DNA of 64,000 nt from Eledone cirrhosa (GCA_964016885.1 OZ024741.1:270630001-270694000); one strand, 5' to 3'. Shown: positions 45,009 through 59,631, counted from the stretch's first letter. Numbers and translations are program-made. The notes: generated by a model not told the origin, from the letters alone.

Positions 45009-45642
45009 TCAATTTTTTATTCATTAAAAATAACCATTTTTTTTTATCCATTTTTTTATCCATCAGTTTTTATTCCTTAAAAAAACGTATCAGTTTTTTT
45101 TTTATCATTAAAATCTAAATCAGTTTCTATTTATTATAAATATCAGTTTTTTTATTCATTAAATAATATATCCGTTTTTATTTCATGAAAATATATCAGT
45201 TTTTTAATTCATTTAAAAAATATATCATTGGTTTATTCATTAAAAATATATCAGTTTTTACTCATTAGAATTAAGTTTTTCTATTTATTAAATAAGAAAT
45301 ACATTTTTTATTCATTATAAAATGTATCAACTTTAATTTATTTGAAACATATCAGTTTTTTTTTTATTAAAAAATAAATCAGTTTTTGTTCATTAAAATA
45401 TAAGTTTTTTTTATTAAATTAAAATAACAGTTTTTTATTCATTGAAAAATATATCAAATTTTATTAATTAAAAATGATATCTGAGGTTGACTTTGCCTTT
45501 CATCCTTACGGGGTCGATAAAATAAAGTACCAGTAATGCACTGGGTAATTGCTGGCCTTGTGCCTAAAGTAGAAACAATTAATTAAAAATGATATCAGTT
45601 TCTTTTTTTCATTTACAAAATATATCAATTTTTTTAATTTAT

Positions 45643-46293
45643 TACTAGCAGTGGTACCCGGCGTTGCACGGGATAAGGTATTTTGGAACGTGGGCCGCCA
45701 ACAGACCTAATCGTGGAAAAACTGCATGCCTGGACAATGTGTAAAGAAAATAAACCGAATACTCTGATGGCTGGATAATCTTTAAGATTTTCCTCGATGA
45801 AGCAGGAAAAATGCAGGTTTTCACCTAACGCAGGCCCTAGGGGATCAAGAAAATGAATTTTTTTTATGTGTATAATATACTTTGAAATTTCGGGAAAATC
45901 GGCTAGACGTAACGCCTCAAAAAAGCCCTAAAAAGCTGAAAAAAAATGAAGTTTTTCACCTAATCCGGGCCCTAGGCCATAAAAATGTTGGATTTTCTTT
46001 GCTCACGGTATGAAGAAAAGACTGACTAACATATAGTTACAATTTTAAGGAAATCGGTCTGACGTAACGCCTAAAAAACCCATAAAAAGCTGAAAAAACG
46101 CAGTTTTTCACCTAATGCGGGCCCTAGGGGATCAAAAAGTTGAATTTTTTATGTGCATAACACTCCCTGAAATATAAGTAATACACATGTAAAGTTTGAA
46201 AAAGATCGGTTGGGTACTTCTCGAGTTTTAGGAATTCAAACTCGGACACACTCACACACAGAGACAGACATCCTCAGTTATATATATATAGAT
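45643..46293 (+). mobile_element. Helentron/DINE-1-like non-autonomous element
   Basis: ACTAGCAG..TACCCGGCGTTGCACGGG start, internal subrepeats, CACA/GACA then TATATAGAT end. Confidence 0.6.
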
Positions 46294-47789
46294 AAAATAT
46301 ATCAGTCTTTTATTCATTAAAAGCATATCAGTTTTTGATTTATTAAAAATATATCAGCGTTTTATTCATTAAAAAAATATATCAGTTTTTACTCATTAAA
46401 ATATATCGGCTTTTTATTTATCAAAAAAGAAATGTTTTTATTCACTATAAAATGTATCAGCTTTTGTTTATTTAAAATATACCAGTTTTTTTTAATTTAT
46501 TAAAAAATGAAATAAGTTTTTATTCGTGAAAAAATAAATCAGCTTTTATTTATTAAAAACATGTTTTTTAATTAAATCAAAATATCAGTTTTTTTTTATC
46601 CATTGAAAAATATATCAGTTTTTTTTCATTTAACAAATAAATCATTTTTTAATTTGTTATAAAATATATCAGTCTGTTATTCATTAACTGCATATCAAAT
46701 TTTGATTTATTAAAAATATATCAGCTTTTATTTATAAAAAATGAAATAAGTTTTTTTATTCATCAAAAAATAAATTAGTATTTTATTCATGAAAAAATAA
46801 ATCAGTTTTTATTAATTAAAAACAATGATTTTTAATTCAATTAAAATATCAGTCTTTTTATTCATTGAAAAATATATCAGTTTTTGTTTATTAAAAATTA
46901 TATCAATTTTTTTTATTCATTTACAAAATATATAAATCACTTTTTAAATTTATTAATAAAATATATCAGTCTTTATTCATTAAAAACATATCAGTTTTTG
47001 ATTTATTTAAAATATATCAGTTATTATTTATTAAATATAAATCATTTTTGTATTCATTAAAAATATATCAGTGTTTTATTCATTTATTCATTAAAATATA
47101 TATATAAGTTTTTTATTCATTAAAATATATATCAGTTTTTAATCATTAAAAATATATCTGTTTTTTATTTGTAATAAAAGAAATGCTTTTTTTATTCATT
47201 AAAAAACAAATCATTGTTTTATACATTAAAAATAAATCAGTTTTTTATCCATTGAAAAGAATATCAGTTTTTTTTATTTATTAAAAAAGAATTAGTTTTC
47301 ATTCAATAAAAAATATATCAGCTTTTATTCCTTAAAAATATAAATTTTTTTATTATTAATTTAAAATAAATCAGTTTTTTATTCATTAAACAATAAATTG
47401 GTTTTTTTATTTATTAAAAAATAAATCATTTTTTCCCTTAAAAATTATATCAGTTTTTTCATTCCTTAAAAATTATATAAGTTTTTAATTCATTAAAAAT
47501 AAATAATTTTTATAGTTATTAAAAAATAGATTTGATATATTTATTAAAAAATATATCAGGTTTTTATCTATTAAAAAGTATATATTTTTTATTCATTAAA
47601 AAAGAAATCAGTTTTTTTATTCATTAAAATATATCTAATTTGCCATTTCCCGCATGGCAGTGGATAACATCTTTGTGATCCTGCCTTTTAAACCTCTACA
47701 TATCGAAGTCTTAGCTGTGGTTTAGGTTCATGCAATAAAACTGGGAGTAATTTAATTTATACGTTAGAAAATGTAAAAAAATCAGACAC

Positions 47790-47952
47790 AAAGATAACTG
47801 TAACTACAGTCGATTTCTATAAATAGTAGCTTAGAAAATCAGGTAAAATATCCCTAATGGACGGATAAAAGTGACCAGCGGCCGCTCCGGAGAGCCGAAC
47901 TCCACATCTTTCAGATACCGGCTGATTGCTCTAACCATTTAGCTAAACGACC
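47790..47952 (-). mobile_element. tRNA-derived SINE (degenerate tRNA-like head 47878-47952)
   Basis: TAGCTAAATGGTTAGAGCA A-box, ATCAG/CTGAA arm and GAGTTCG B-box. Body homologous to 12830-12870. Confidence 0.55.
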
Positions 47953-47999
47953 TTAGAGGCCACCACCACCACTCTGAAAATTCTGCCGAATAAACATCA

Positions 48000-48550
48000 T
48001 TGATATCACCCACATTGTAAATAGCTGTCCAAAGACGACATCACAATACTATCTACCTACAAGGCATGACGCAGTGGCGAAACTACTATACAAAAGTAAT
48101 CCGTAGAAAGGATAGCTCTGAGAATAAACTTAAAAAGGGGAGGACATATGCATACATAATATGGTGGAATGTTCCAGTCAAAACCCCCAATAAAATACAA
48201 ACATAACAGAACAGACACGATGATATGGGACTAAGAAAAGAAAACATGCATAGTCGTAGAAATCAGTTCCCTAGCAGTTGTCAATACAATGCTAAAAATT
48301 AGCAAAAAGGAGAATATTTATACTGAACTAGCGAGGAATTTACAGATGCTCCACTCTGACTATACCTTTAGATTTGTACCTGTGATCACTGGGGCTCTTG
48401 GATACGTTACTAACTGCCTCAGTACAAATCTTGAGAAGCTAGGCTTCACAAAACAAGAAAGACCACAGCTAGTTAGGAAGTTACAAGTATAGTCCTTTAA
48501 TGGAACTGTAAAAATATGCAAAACATTTCAGAAATTGATCAAGTAATAAC
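48000..48550 (+). pseudogene. RLE LINE C-terminal fragment
   Basis: ITHIVNSCPK, PTRHDAVAK and FVPVITGALG peptides. Confidence 0.7.
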
Positions 48551-49057
48551 TGCATATACACATGTATAGTCAGGGAAACATATGTATGTGTACATATATA
48601 ACTCAAAACATACAGATCCATACATGCAAATACATCCATACTTGCACGCACACACACACACACACACACACAAGCACATTCATACGTATTAACCTAGTTG
48701 ATGTCTAAATTCCAATGAAAGAGTCTTGTTTCTATGTTAGAAACAGGCTCTCTATTGGTGAAAATTTATAAAATAATGGTTTCTTATATAGGCACAAGGC
48801 CAGCAATTTTGGGGGAGGGGAAAGTCGATTAAATCGACCCCAGTGCGTGACTGGTAATCTATTTAATCGACCCCGTAAGGATGAAAGACAAAGTTAACTC
48901 CGGCGGGATTTGAACTCAGACCATAAAGTGCCATAACTCTATGCTCTACCGATACTGCCAAACTACCGCTCTGAAAATTTATAAAATAGTAAAACCAGAA
49001 TAACATACACAGATACATCATTAACATCATGTTCCCGCAACTGTCGTTGATGTCGTA

Positions 49058-49795
49058 GATGTGCCACTGGTACAGCCAGTCGTTGGGGTTCCACTCTATA
49101 TGCGCCACTGGTGCAGCCAGTCGTTGGGGTGTCACTCTAGATGTGCCACTGGTGCAACCTGTCGTTTGGGTGTCACTCTAGATGTGCCCTTGGTGCAGCC
49201 AGTCGTTGGGGTGTCACTCTAGATGTGCCCTTGGTGCAGCCAGTCGTTGGGGTGCCACTCTAGATGTGCCACTGGTACAGCCAGTCGTTGGGGTTCCACT
49301 CTATATGCGCCACTGGTGCAGCCAGTCGTTGGGGTGTCACTCTAGATGTGCCACTGGTGCAACCTGTCGTTTGGGTGTCACTCTAGATGTGCCCTTGGTG
49401 CAACCTGTCGTTTGGGTGTCACTCTAGATGTGCCCTTGGTGCAACCTGTCGTTTGGGTGTCACTCTAGATGTGCCCTTGGTGCAGCCAGTCGTTGGGGTG
49501 CCACTCTAGATGTGCCACTGGTACAGCCAGTCGTTGGGGTTCCACTCTATATGCGCCACTGGTGCAGCCAGTCGTTGGGGTGTCACTCTAGATGTGCCAC
49601 TGGTGCAACCTGTCGTTTGGGTGTCACTCTAGATGTGCCCTTGGTGCAGCCAGTCGTTGGGGTGTCACTCTAGATGTGCCACTAGTACAACCAGTCGTTG
49701 AGGTCCCACTCTAGATGTTCCACTGGTGCAGCCTGTCGTTGGGGTGCCACTCTAGATGTGTCACTGGTGCAGCCTGTCGGGGTGTCACTCTAGAC
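49058..49795. repeat. 41-bp minisatellite, ~18 copies, with higher-order structure
   Basis: Unit GATGTGCCACTGGTGCAGCCAGTCGTTGGGGTGTCACTCTA. A variant unit recurs at 49058, 49263 and 49509. Confidence 0.92.
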
Positions 49796-50379
49796 GCTTC
49801 CGTAATCAGCAGTCACTACTGGTCTCTATTCTCCGTCATGCGTAGAAGGGTCTCAGTGTTTTGACCAGTCTAGTCTTTGATGTTATCGGACTAGGATTTT
49901 CTTTGTCTGCCCCTACTTCGCTCTACCTCAACTAGACAAGGAGTTGTGGTGGGATATATGACCGTACCATGCAGGCTTCTGTCTCTTCACCACCACAAAC
50001 CCCTTCTCCATTCTTTCCGCCGGGGCTGTGGGGAGGCCAACACGTGGGACCCCATATGCTCACCATACAGAGAGATGGGGGAGGCGAGAGAGATGAAGGC
50101 GATGACTGGGAATCCGGCTGTTCCCCGTTCGGATCATATCCTTGTGGTTGCGTTTATTATCTAGATAGAACATTATTTATTTCCCAAGATCTACTACTAA
50201 TAATAATTTGATTATACATAGGGATTCTTACAGACAGATTTATCTTTCCTTTCGCAAGCATGTATATATTAAGACCACACATTTATACTTAGAATGCATC
50301 TATTACAACAAGGAGTGGTTCCTGTCTGCCAGCATATTTGTTAACTTACTGTCCGACAACGCTGTTTGTTTTGTATTCC

Positions 50380-50700
50380 GTGTATGGGATATGTGGCAGA
50401 CTTTTGAATGACTGGATTCTTCATTCCAAGTAAGCTGTGAGAGTTCAACTCTCATACCCATACAAAAGGATCGAAGTCACTAAGGACTTGTATAATTTGA
50501 GCTTCGTTGGAAAACTAAAGGAGTTGCTTTTCCATATGACATTCAGCTTTGCTTTACTATTCCAAAAGTGACCAGGGCGTATCTTGTCAGTATCTTCTTT
50601 GAGATCTGCTGCCTTTGGCCACAATGGATCCTAGGTACTTGAAGGTGTCCATTTCTTTAGGTCTTCCTCCGTTCATCATCTTGTTGGTTGCTATATGCTG
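50380..50700 (-). pseudogene. RTE-like RT fragment
   Basis: DTFKYLGS and SLVTSILLYG peptides. Confidence 0.65.
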
Positions 50701-51859
50701 ATTATTACAATTAACCACACATACATACATACCGACAGGCAGGCAGACAGACATGCATGATACACATACATGCATACATACATACATACATGATGATGAT
50801 GGCTGCAACTCGATTTCGAGTAATGCCATCACTTGGTACTTAAGCCTGAACATCACAGACATGGTTTTTTAGTCCTACTAGGGACTTGCCTATGGCCAGC
50901 AATGCCATGCATCGCAAAAAATGTCATATATCAAGCGATGCCTGTGATTGAATCTTTTTAAGTGGGGAAAGGCTTTGCACGGAGCCAATCCCACTACTTT
51001 TCTATGGCTGCAGAATAATTTTCATGACTAACCAAGGAAAATTCTTTCCCCATATTTTGTACTAATTTAAATATCTTACTATCATATCTGCTGTTGATGA
51101 CATTTTTGACCAACAGTATGAAAGCTTCTTAACCCAATGGGATCCAGCCACTACAACACCATTAGAAGAAGTGTATTGACCGCAACGAGGACTAAACCTC
51201 ATTTGGTCACATTCCATGAGACTATCTTGGTCAGTCGATGAACTTTTCAGCTGACACTCGGATGTTAATTCATGTTGATGAAAAATGAAATAAATAACAG
51301 TCTATCAGTTATATTACCGATTAGCATTATACCTATTATATATATTGACATACGGCGTTACTACGTCACTTTTAAAGCTGGCGGAGCTTGTCTCCTCTCC
51401 AGGTCTGAATACAGAGAATGGAAGTTAGAAAAAGATATGGAGGAAGAATCGACCCCAATACTAGATTGGTACTTTTTTATCGACCTTAAATGAATGAAAG
51501 GCATTAAAGACAAGATCATCTCTCATCTACATCGTTTATATATTTTAAAAATTTCACGTTATTGATATTATTGGAGTTATCTCTCTTGCTTTGTGTTTTT
51601 AGATTTGAAACATCTCGGGAAGGAATGACTTTTCTGTCGATAAAATATAGTACTAGTAATGCACTGGGTAATTGCTGGCCTTGTGCCAAAAGTAGAACCA
51701 ATTATATATACAGGCTTGTCAACGTTCACGCATTATGCTGAGATTTTCAGCATTTGCTTTTTCATCAAACATTTTGCCGAAAAATCACAGCACGTTTAGG
51801 AGTTGTTTCGTATCAACGCTATTTTATTGTCAAAGCTATTAAATCGTCAGATTAAAATG

Positions 51860-52360
51860 TGCTATAATTGTTTGGCTTGTCTCCCCACAGCCCCGGCAGA
51901 CAGAATGGAGAAGGCGTTTCCCCGGAGGACGGCAAGTGAGACGCGCTGGAAAACCCACTCCAACTCGCGGGGCTCACACCTGCGGCTGGCCAGCTCAGCG
52001 TCTATGGTGGTGAGTAGGGAGGTAACCCTAGGGCTGAGCACAGCAGAAGTATCCAGTGCCAAGGGTACAACCGCAAACCTGTTGGAGAGCGACCGGTATT
52101 TGAGGAGTTTGGCCCCCTCTGCCCGACGTGCAGCAGAACCTGGGTTAGTCGCAGACTGCACCAGGTTGCGGCTGCAGAAAGTGTCGGTGCAAGTGGCATC
52201 CCAGACGAGAGCTTTGCCACCGCGGAACGGGAAGATGGTCATGCCATCTGGCCTTTTGCCGTCCCCTCGGTCCAGCCCCACCGGCTCGAGCTGGGAAGGG
52301 AATCCTGCAGCGGGCAAGCCATGCTTTATGACCTCGTTGAGGGCTGATGTTTCGATCCAC
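51860..52360 (-). mobile_element. CRE-like non-LTR retrotransposon 3' end (RLE)
   Basis: LEP.GL.RGDGKRPDG.T..P...GK.LVWDATCTDT..AE..K..KY..FQRVSLAVLRGNA. Confidence 0.8.
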
Positions 52361-52440
52361 CATTTTTTATTCAGACGGTCTTAAGGCTTATATTATAAGT
52401 TATAAGGAGTCTGTAAAAAAAAACTTGTTGTTGATTCAAA

Positions 52441-53540
52441 TATAATTGTTTCTACTTTTGGCACAAGGCCAGCAATTATCCCAGTGCATTACTGGTACTT
52501 CATTTTATCGACGCTGTAAGGATGAAAGGCAAAGTTAACCTCGGCAGGATTTGAATTCAGACCGTAAAGGGGCGTAACTCTATGCTGGAAAGTATGGCGT
52601 CCGGCGTCCGACCTTCTACTGATACTGCCAATTCATCGCCCTTGTTGATTCAAATATATTTCCAAAAATCATTGAGATATAAAACAAAGGCGAACATATT
52701 TCCGACGCTATTATAAAGGAATGCATTCATTTAATATACTCTCGGGTCACAAATAATAGGGTGGGGTGGAATAAACGAGGGGTGGATTAAGCGGGGTGGG
52801 TGGAGGTGGAAAATCAGTAATTTTCTAGGTTGTCTTTTGATTTTTTAAAAAACCAGAATTAGTCGTTTAGTTTACGCATTGAAACCTCAACCCATCCTAT
52901 TTATTTTATAACGTATGGAATTTCTAGTAATGTACTTTTTTTGTCTTTTAATGTATAAAGAAAATTAATTGTCGCAGGAATGCTACCACTTAAAATAAAA
53001 TTTCGCCGGAGATAGATTAGCAAAATTTAATAAGCGGTAAGGGGTGAGGGATCTGAAAAATTAATAAGCGCGAGGGAAGGAGATGATTATTCGGGACCCG
53101 AGAGTATATATATGTGTGAATGTGTGTGTGTGTGTCTGCGTGTGTGCGTGTGTGTATGTAATAAGGCATAAATAATGGTTTCTTATATAGGTACAAGGCC
53201 AGCAATTTTTGGGGAGGGGGAAGTCGATTAAATCGACCCCAGTGTGTGACTGGTTCTTTATTTTATCGACCGCGTAAGGATGAAAGGCAAAGTTAACCTC
53301 GGCTGGATTTGAACTCAGATCATAAAAGGCCGTAACTCTATACTACAAAGCATGGCGCCCGACCCTCTACCGATACTGCCAATCCACCGCCCTTAATATC
53401 GCATAAATAATCGTTTCTGATTTCGGCACAAGGCCAACAATTTTAGGAGAGAGGAAAGTCTATTACATCTACTTTATTTTATCGACCCCGAAAGAATGAA
53501 AGGCAAAGTTAACCTCGTGGAGATTTGAACTCAGAACGTC
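52441..53540 (-). mobile_element. Cluster of SINE family 1 copies around a TA-flanked MITE (52736-53106)
   Basis: SINE cores at 52441-52642, 53172-53393 and 53405-53540. MITE TIR TACTCTCGGGTC/GACCCGAGAGTA. Confidence 0.75.
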
Positions 53541-54064
53541 AGTGTCCTCAAACGATGCATGCAATGACAAAAAGGACAAGATGGACCAACCTATAGTCAT
53601 TCTCAATACATGTGTTTCACTCACAAAAGTGGCTTTAAAACCATTGATAATTACATAAATATGAAAAAGAAAGATAAAAACAAAATCAAGTAATGAGAAA
53701 AAGAGGAAGCGGTAAAGAAGGGCAGATCTGGCTGTATGGGAATGTAGAGGAAAGAGCTATAAATGAGAAGAAAAGTAGGAAAAAAATAAGGTCTCTTGGG
53801 CTACAGAAGAAAGGTAGAAGGAGGGCGATGGGCTCTGGACTTAGGGCAGGGTGGTGTTTGGCTGGGCCTCGCAGCAAAACTGCCCAGTGTGTAGTTTAGA
53901 GTGTGGTATGGTGAGTGTGTTGGTTATATACAGTGTTTTGTGTGGTCAGTGTGTTAATGCTGTGGTCAGATGTTGGTAAGTCCCATTGCTTCCTGACCAT
54001 GGCCTGAAAGTTGAGTCACCCTCAGAGTGAGAACTTTTTTAAGTATTTTATATATTACTAGATT

Positions 54065-54620
54065 ACTAAGAGTGTTGGACTTACGACCATAATGTCGTGG
54101 GTTCGATTCTTGGGCTGATTTGTGTGTTGTATTCTTGAGCAAAACACTTCATTCCATGTTGCTCCAGTATACTCAGCTGAAAATGAGTACCAACAATTGC
54201 TGGGGTTTAACCCTGCCATGGACTGGCGTCCTGTCCAGAGTGGGAGTCTTGTACTCTTTGTTGCTTTACGCCATGAAACCAGAGTAAACACCGGCCTAAC
54301 GAGGCTCCGGGCCCGAGACAAACTTTAGTCTTTGAGGCGCGTGGTCCAGTGGTAAGGGTGTTGGACTTATTACCATAATGTCGTGGGTTCGATTCCTGGG
54401 CTGGGTTGCGTGTTGTGTTCTTGAGCAAAACACTTCATTTCACTTTCATCCAGTATACTCAACTGAAAATGAGTACCAGCAATTACTGAGAGTTTAACTC
54501 TGTGATTGACTGGTGTCCCTGTCCAGGAGGGTGTCTTGTACTCTCAGTCGCTTCAGCCATGAAACCAGGATAAGAATCGGCCTAAAGAGCCTCCGAGCCT
54601 GAGATAGACTTTAGACTAGA
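54065..54620 (+). mobile_element. Tandem pair of SINE family 2
   Basis: Two ~280-bp copies, each with a GGTTCGATTC B-box. Confidence 0.8.
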
Positions 54621-54820
54621 CAAGGTTGTAACAAATTTCTTTGATATATCCACCACAATTGGTCACTATTGTGGCAGAACAGAAATAATATATCAGAAAA
54701 TACAAGATACTATTAATCAGAGTGAAATACTAACGGTCAACTTTGTTGTCTTGGAGGTTGGCAATTAACAAAGAATTGTTTTATTTGAGAGAGAAAACAA
54801 CAACCATTATTTACTTCTGA

Positions 54821-55008
54821 AGGGGGATTGGCAGTATCGGTAGAAAGTCGGACGTCATGCTTTGCAGCATAGAGTTACGCCCCTTTATAGTCTGAGTTCA
54901 AATCCCGCCGAGGTTAACTTTGCCTTTCATCCTTACGGGATCGATAAAATAAAGTACCAGTAATACACTGGAATAATTGCTGGCCTTGTGCCAAAAGTAG
55001 AAACAATT
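54821..55008 (+). mobile_element. SINE family 1 with target-site duplication
   Basis: ATTATTTACTTCTGA on both sides (54806-54820 and 55006-55020). Confidence 0.85.
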
Positions 55009-55314
55009 ATTTACTTCTGACAATGTCATGAAAGGTCACTGACATTACATACAAATAAATGAGTCGTATCTAATAAAAACAAAACATATTACTAAAGTGA
55101 ATAGAAAAGAAAAAGGAAAAAAGAAAATGAAAAGGAAAAAAAAGAAAAAGAGGGATCAAGCGGCGAAAGAAAGGGAGAGGGGGAGGAGGAGGGAGAGTCA
55201 TTACACTTCAGTCCGAGTAGTGTCTCAGCCACGCCCCGCAAATAAGACAGTAAAAGCGTTACAGCGGAGAATGGCCAGAGAACCCGCTGCAACAGCCACC
55301 CCACCTCACGAGTC

Positions 55315-55358
<44 letters not shown>

Positions 55359-55639
55359 CCCCCTCTCTCTCTCGAGCGGGCCGTCGTCTTTCCGACTCTA
55401 CAGAGGAAATCAGCAGTAAACATGACAACATATAATTCAGTCAGGTCTAGACTTTACAATACAAACAGAGCTTGGTGTTTTTCATGTGTTGCCCTTGTTA
55501 TCTCCTGTATAAAATTGCTTTCTTTGTTTCAGCCAAATTTAGAGATAATAATAATAATAATGAAATTATTATGTATAGTACTCAGGTGCACTACAACTCA
55601 TCAAAGGTGCATGTATAGTACATAGAATAATGTACGTCA

Positions 55640-55960
55640 GGGAAGGGAATAGTGTATGAGTCATGATATACATGTGTGCGTGTGTATGGAGGGGGAATAT
55701 TAGGTGTAGTGTTGGCGAATCTCAGGAAGCATGGAGGTTTTAAAGGATGCAGTGTGCCGGTAGCTAACAACTGATGCAGGTAGTTTGTTCCATGCTTCAG
55801 CAACTCTGAGCATGAAAAAATGTTTCCGAAAGTCATGGGAGCTGTGTTGTTTTCTGACTTTGTTGGCATGCCCATGTGTGTTAGACACATGGAAATCAAA
55901 AAGGTACTCAGGATTGTTGTTGGCAAGATGGTTAATAATTTATGTGTTTTCGACCTAGAA
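55640..55960 (-). pseudogene. CR1-like LINE 3' fragment
   Basis: THGHANKVRK..FRKHFFMLRVAEAWNKLP. Confidence 0.75.
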
Positions 55961-56385
55961 AATTTATTTTACATGTTTTATATAATTTACATTCTGCATC
56001 TTGTCGGCCAGGACCCAGTGGCGGAGGGCAAGTCAGTTGGTGGTGGAGGATGCTCGTTCGGACGTCACTTCTACGAATATAGAGACATTTTTATGAATGT
56101 CCCCCATAAGGTCATTAAGTACAGGAATTGCAATTAATAGAGTTCTACTTTTTGAAGCAGTGCAGGCATTACCGGATTTACCATTGTGCTTAGGTATGCC
56201 TAGCAGGTCAAGTATATATATGTATGTATATATAGCAGTGAAAGAGTGAAGAATAACATGGTCGGCTGTACAAAAAGGGTTTTATTTACAGTATTAACAA
56301 TTGTTTCATTGATCAGGTGTGTGTGTATAAATATATATATATGTGTGTGTGTGTATGCATGTAAATATATATATATATGTGTGTG

Positions 56386-56435
<50 letters not shown>

Positions 56436-56465
56436 TATATATATATATTTACAAACATACATACT

Positions 56466-56510
<45 letters not shown>

Positions 56511-56790
56511 GTGTGTTTTACCAGTCTGTTCTGTCATCTTTCAATAATTTGAATTTGTTTTTTGATTTAACTGCATTCCTTTTTAAAGAAAAACTTTCGA
56601 TAAATTTATAAAATTAGACGCCATTTTAAATAAACTGCCTCATCCGAAACAGACAATGTAGATGATAAAAAAACTAATCTCTGCTGTATGAATGTCATAA
56701 TTAAGATTATATTAGGTCATTGTGTATGAAATGTCCGATTTCCTTAAGCACTAAGTTTGATAGTCGCTATTTCTATCATTTCAGTCCGAG

Positions 56791-56947
56791 CAGTGCCGGA
56801 TTTAGGACTAATGAGGCCCTGTGCTAGATAAGCCCCAAACATTTGAAAAATTCATCGTAAAAAAATTTTTGGGCAGGAAGATGGGCCCTCTGGTCAACGA
56901 GGCCCTGTGCTTAAACATAGCTAAACACAATAGTAAATCCAGCACTG
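56791..56947. mobile_element. hAT-like MITE
   Basis: TIR CAGTGCCGGATTTA/TAAATCCAGCACTG with GGCCC subterminal motifs. Confidence 0.55.
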
Positions 56948-57099
56948 ACCTTGAGAGCGCTTGGTTTTGTTTTATTGTACAGGTGCAGGTTTTCAAATGC
57001 ATGTTTTGGTTTGTGATTGTCTTTTGCATTGTTTGTTTCAGATCAATTTTTGTAAACTCATGGATATGTAAAACTTTATTCAATGAAAGAAATATTTGA

Positions 57100-57305
57100 A
57101 TGCAAGACCAACAGGCAGGAGATCCAGGGTAGACTCCGAGCAAGATGGTTGGATAACATCCATGAGATTGGCTGGTCTCGCTTGGGGATCCAGCCAGATC
57201 AATTGGAGACGGTTGCTTCTGACAGGACCTGCTGGAAGGAGTGTTTGAGGACTCTGGCCCCACGACCCACTCAAGAAGAAGAAGAAGAAGAAGAAGAAGA
57301 AGAAT
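57100..57305 (+). mobile_element. RTE 3' tail with (GAA)n (related minus copies 14546-14695, 26455-26615)
   Basis: GR..ARWLDNI..DRTCWK peptide and microsatellite tail. Confidence 0.65.
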
Positions 57306-58137
57306 CGAAGCTGTTTATGTATCTATAATTTTACATAAATGTTGTAAGAAAGTTGCTTAAAGAACAACCCGAGACTAAGTTCCTAAAAATGCTTCTTTTA
57401 TTAATTTTACAGAAAAAGTACAAACTCAGTTTTACAAGGTTTCTTGTTTTGTTGATACAGTGTTGTTTTTGTTGTTTTTTGTTGTTTTAGTTCAGCAAGG
57501 AAAGTTGAAAACAACACGGCGAATTTTTAGATTATTAAATAATTGTTTCTACTTTAGGCACAAGGCCAGCAATTACCCAGTGCATTACTGGTACTTTATT
57601 TTATCGACCCCGTAAGGATGAAAGGCAAAGTCAACCTCGGCGGGATTTGAACTCAGATCGTAAAGGGAGGTAACTATGCTGGAAACCATGGCGTCCGACC
57701 CTCTACCGATACTGCCAATCCACCGTCCTAGATTATTAAATAATAGTCTTAAATACGATTATTATTACTATTATTATGCAGGGATATAGCAGATTTCTTC
57801 CAGAGAAGGATAGAAAGAGTGAGAGAATGGAAGTGAGGAAGAGATATAGTGGAAGAATCGATCCCAGTTCAGGACTGTTACTTTTTTATCGACATGGAAT
57901 GGTTGTAAAGCAAAGTTGACCTCGGCGTGATTTGAACTCAGAGAACAGAGAGCCGTAGCCAATACTGCAAAGTAGTCTATGGGACGTTCTAACAACTCTG
58001 CCAATTCGACACCTCCTGGAATGATAAACATGCTGAATTGACACCAACAGGATTTGAAAGTAGAATGTGAAGCATTTTGTCGCGCCTCTTTAGCAATCTA
58101 TTGCCCCTGTGGCTAATAAAGAAACATATCTATCTAT

Positions 58138-58184
<47 letters not shown>

Positions 58185-58908
58185 CAGGGTGTCCCCCAAA
58201 ATATATACACACTTTGAATACCTGTACAGACAATATTTATTAGACTGTTGATGAGGTATGTATATATATATTTTTTTTTGGGGGGGGGGGGCATCCTGTG
58301 CCTATATATATATGGTGGCTGTCAACTCGTTTACGAGTACGGCCACTACTTTATATCCATGTAGTAGAACCCCTACTGATGCGCTGAACGAGTGTGACTT
58401 TTTAGTCCAGCCAGCGACTTGAAAACTCTGGTACAAACACTTGTGACAATTACTGACACAGTGCTGGGCCCATGGTACCATGTGACGACAAGTGCAGAGA
58501 GATCTCCAGATATAAAGCAATGCCTGTGCCGTGAAGCTTTTATAGTGAGCAAAGGCACTGCACAAAGCCAGTCCCACTCTCTTAACCAAGATGATATTTA
58601 CCAACAAGAAGAACAAGTCAACATCATTGGATACCATCAGGGTTGCAGGTGTTATATCAGCGTTTTCCTTCTCCTAGAATTCTGCCTTGACAAAGGCTAA
58701 GGGGTCATCTCTCCCGGTGATTTTGGATGGCCATTGACTTAAGAGCTGCTTTGCCCTTTGACAGGTTTTGTTTTTAGTCCTGCAGGATGTCCAAAGTCAC
58801 CCTCCTCACCAAGAAACCTTGGTGGAGTTGCCAGTTTAGTCGCCAACGACCCGACCATGAGACAGGTTGTACTGGGATACATGTTACCAGTAGCACCAAC
58901 TGGTGACC

Positions 58909-59004
<96 letters not shown>

Positions 59005-59155
59005 TAGAACTTCTATTTAATTTGTTGGAAGTCCGACAAACATAAATGTGTATAACTGATTTAGAGCACTCAACAATATACTGACTATCCAGTGAATTTC
59101 CAACCGATAAGGTATGATTTTCATGGGTACGTCTCTATTTATAAAACAAACTTTG

Positions 59156-59220
59156 TATTTTATCTGATGAAAGCGTACCAATGTTGTCTTGGTTGCCCTT
59201 GAAATATATATAATAAAATA
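59156..59220 (+). ncRNA. Type I hammerhead, family C
   Basis: TATTTTAT-CTGATGA-aagcgtaccaa..ttggttgccctt-GAAA-tatata-TA-ATAAAATA. Confidence 0.72.
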
Positions 59221-59333
59221 AATATGGTTTTATAAATATAGTTTCCATTTATTTAATATCATTGTATATATATATATATGTGTGTGTTATGGAATACTGT
59301 TAGCTTCTCGCTACAACAATTTCTATACTTTTC

Positions 59334-59396
<63 letters not shown>

Positions 59397-59551
59397 CATA
59401 TACACACACATATATATATATATATATACATATATGTATATATACATATATGTATATATATACATATATGTATATATAAGTAGAAGTTGTATTTAATATG
59501 TATAAAATAAATATGGTTTTATAAATATAGTTTCCATTTATTTAATATCAT

Positions 59552-59631
<80 letters not shown>

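Larger units (their letters stand above)
44330..47640. repeat. Degenerate AT-rich ~27-bp satellite interrupted by TEs
   Basis: Recurrent TTTTATTCATTAAAAATATATCAG motif. Confidence 0.8.

Noticed and set aside
47878-47952. Possible tRNA gene
   Set aside because: Mismatched arms and attachment to a dispersed repeat body indicate a SINE head.
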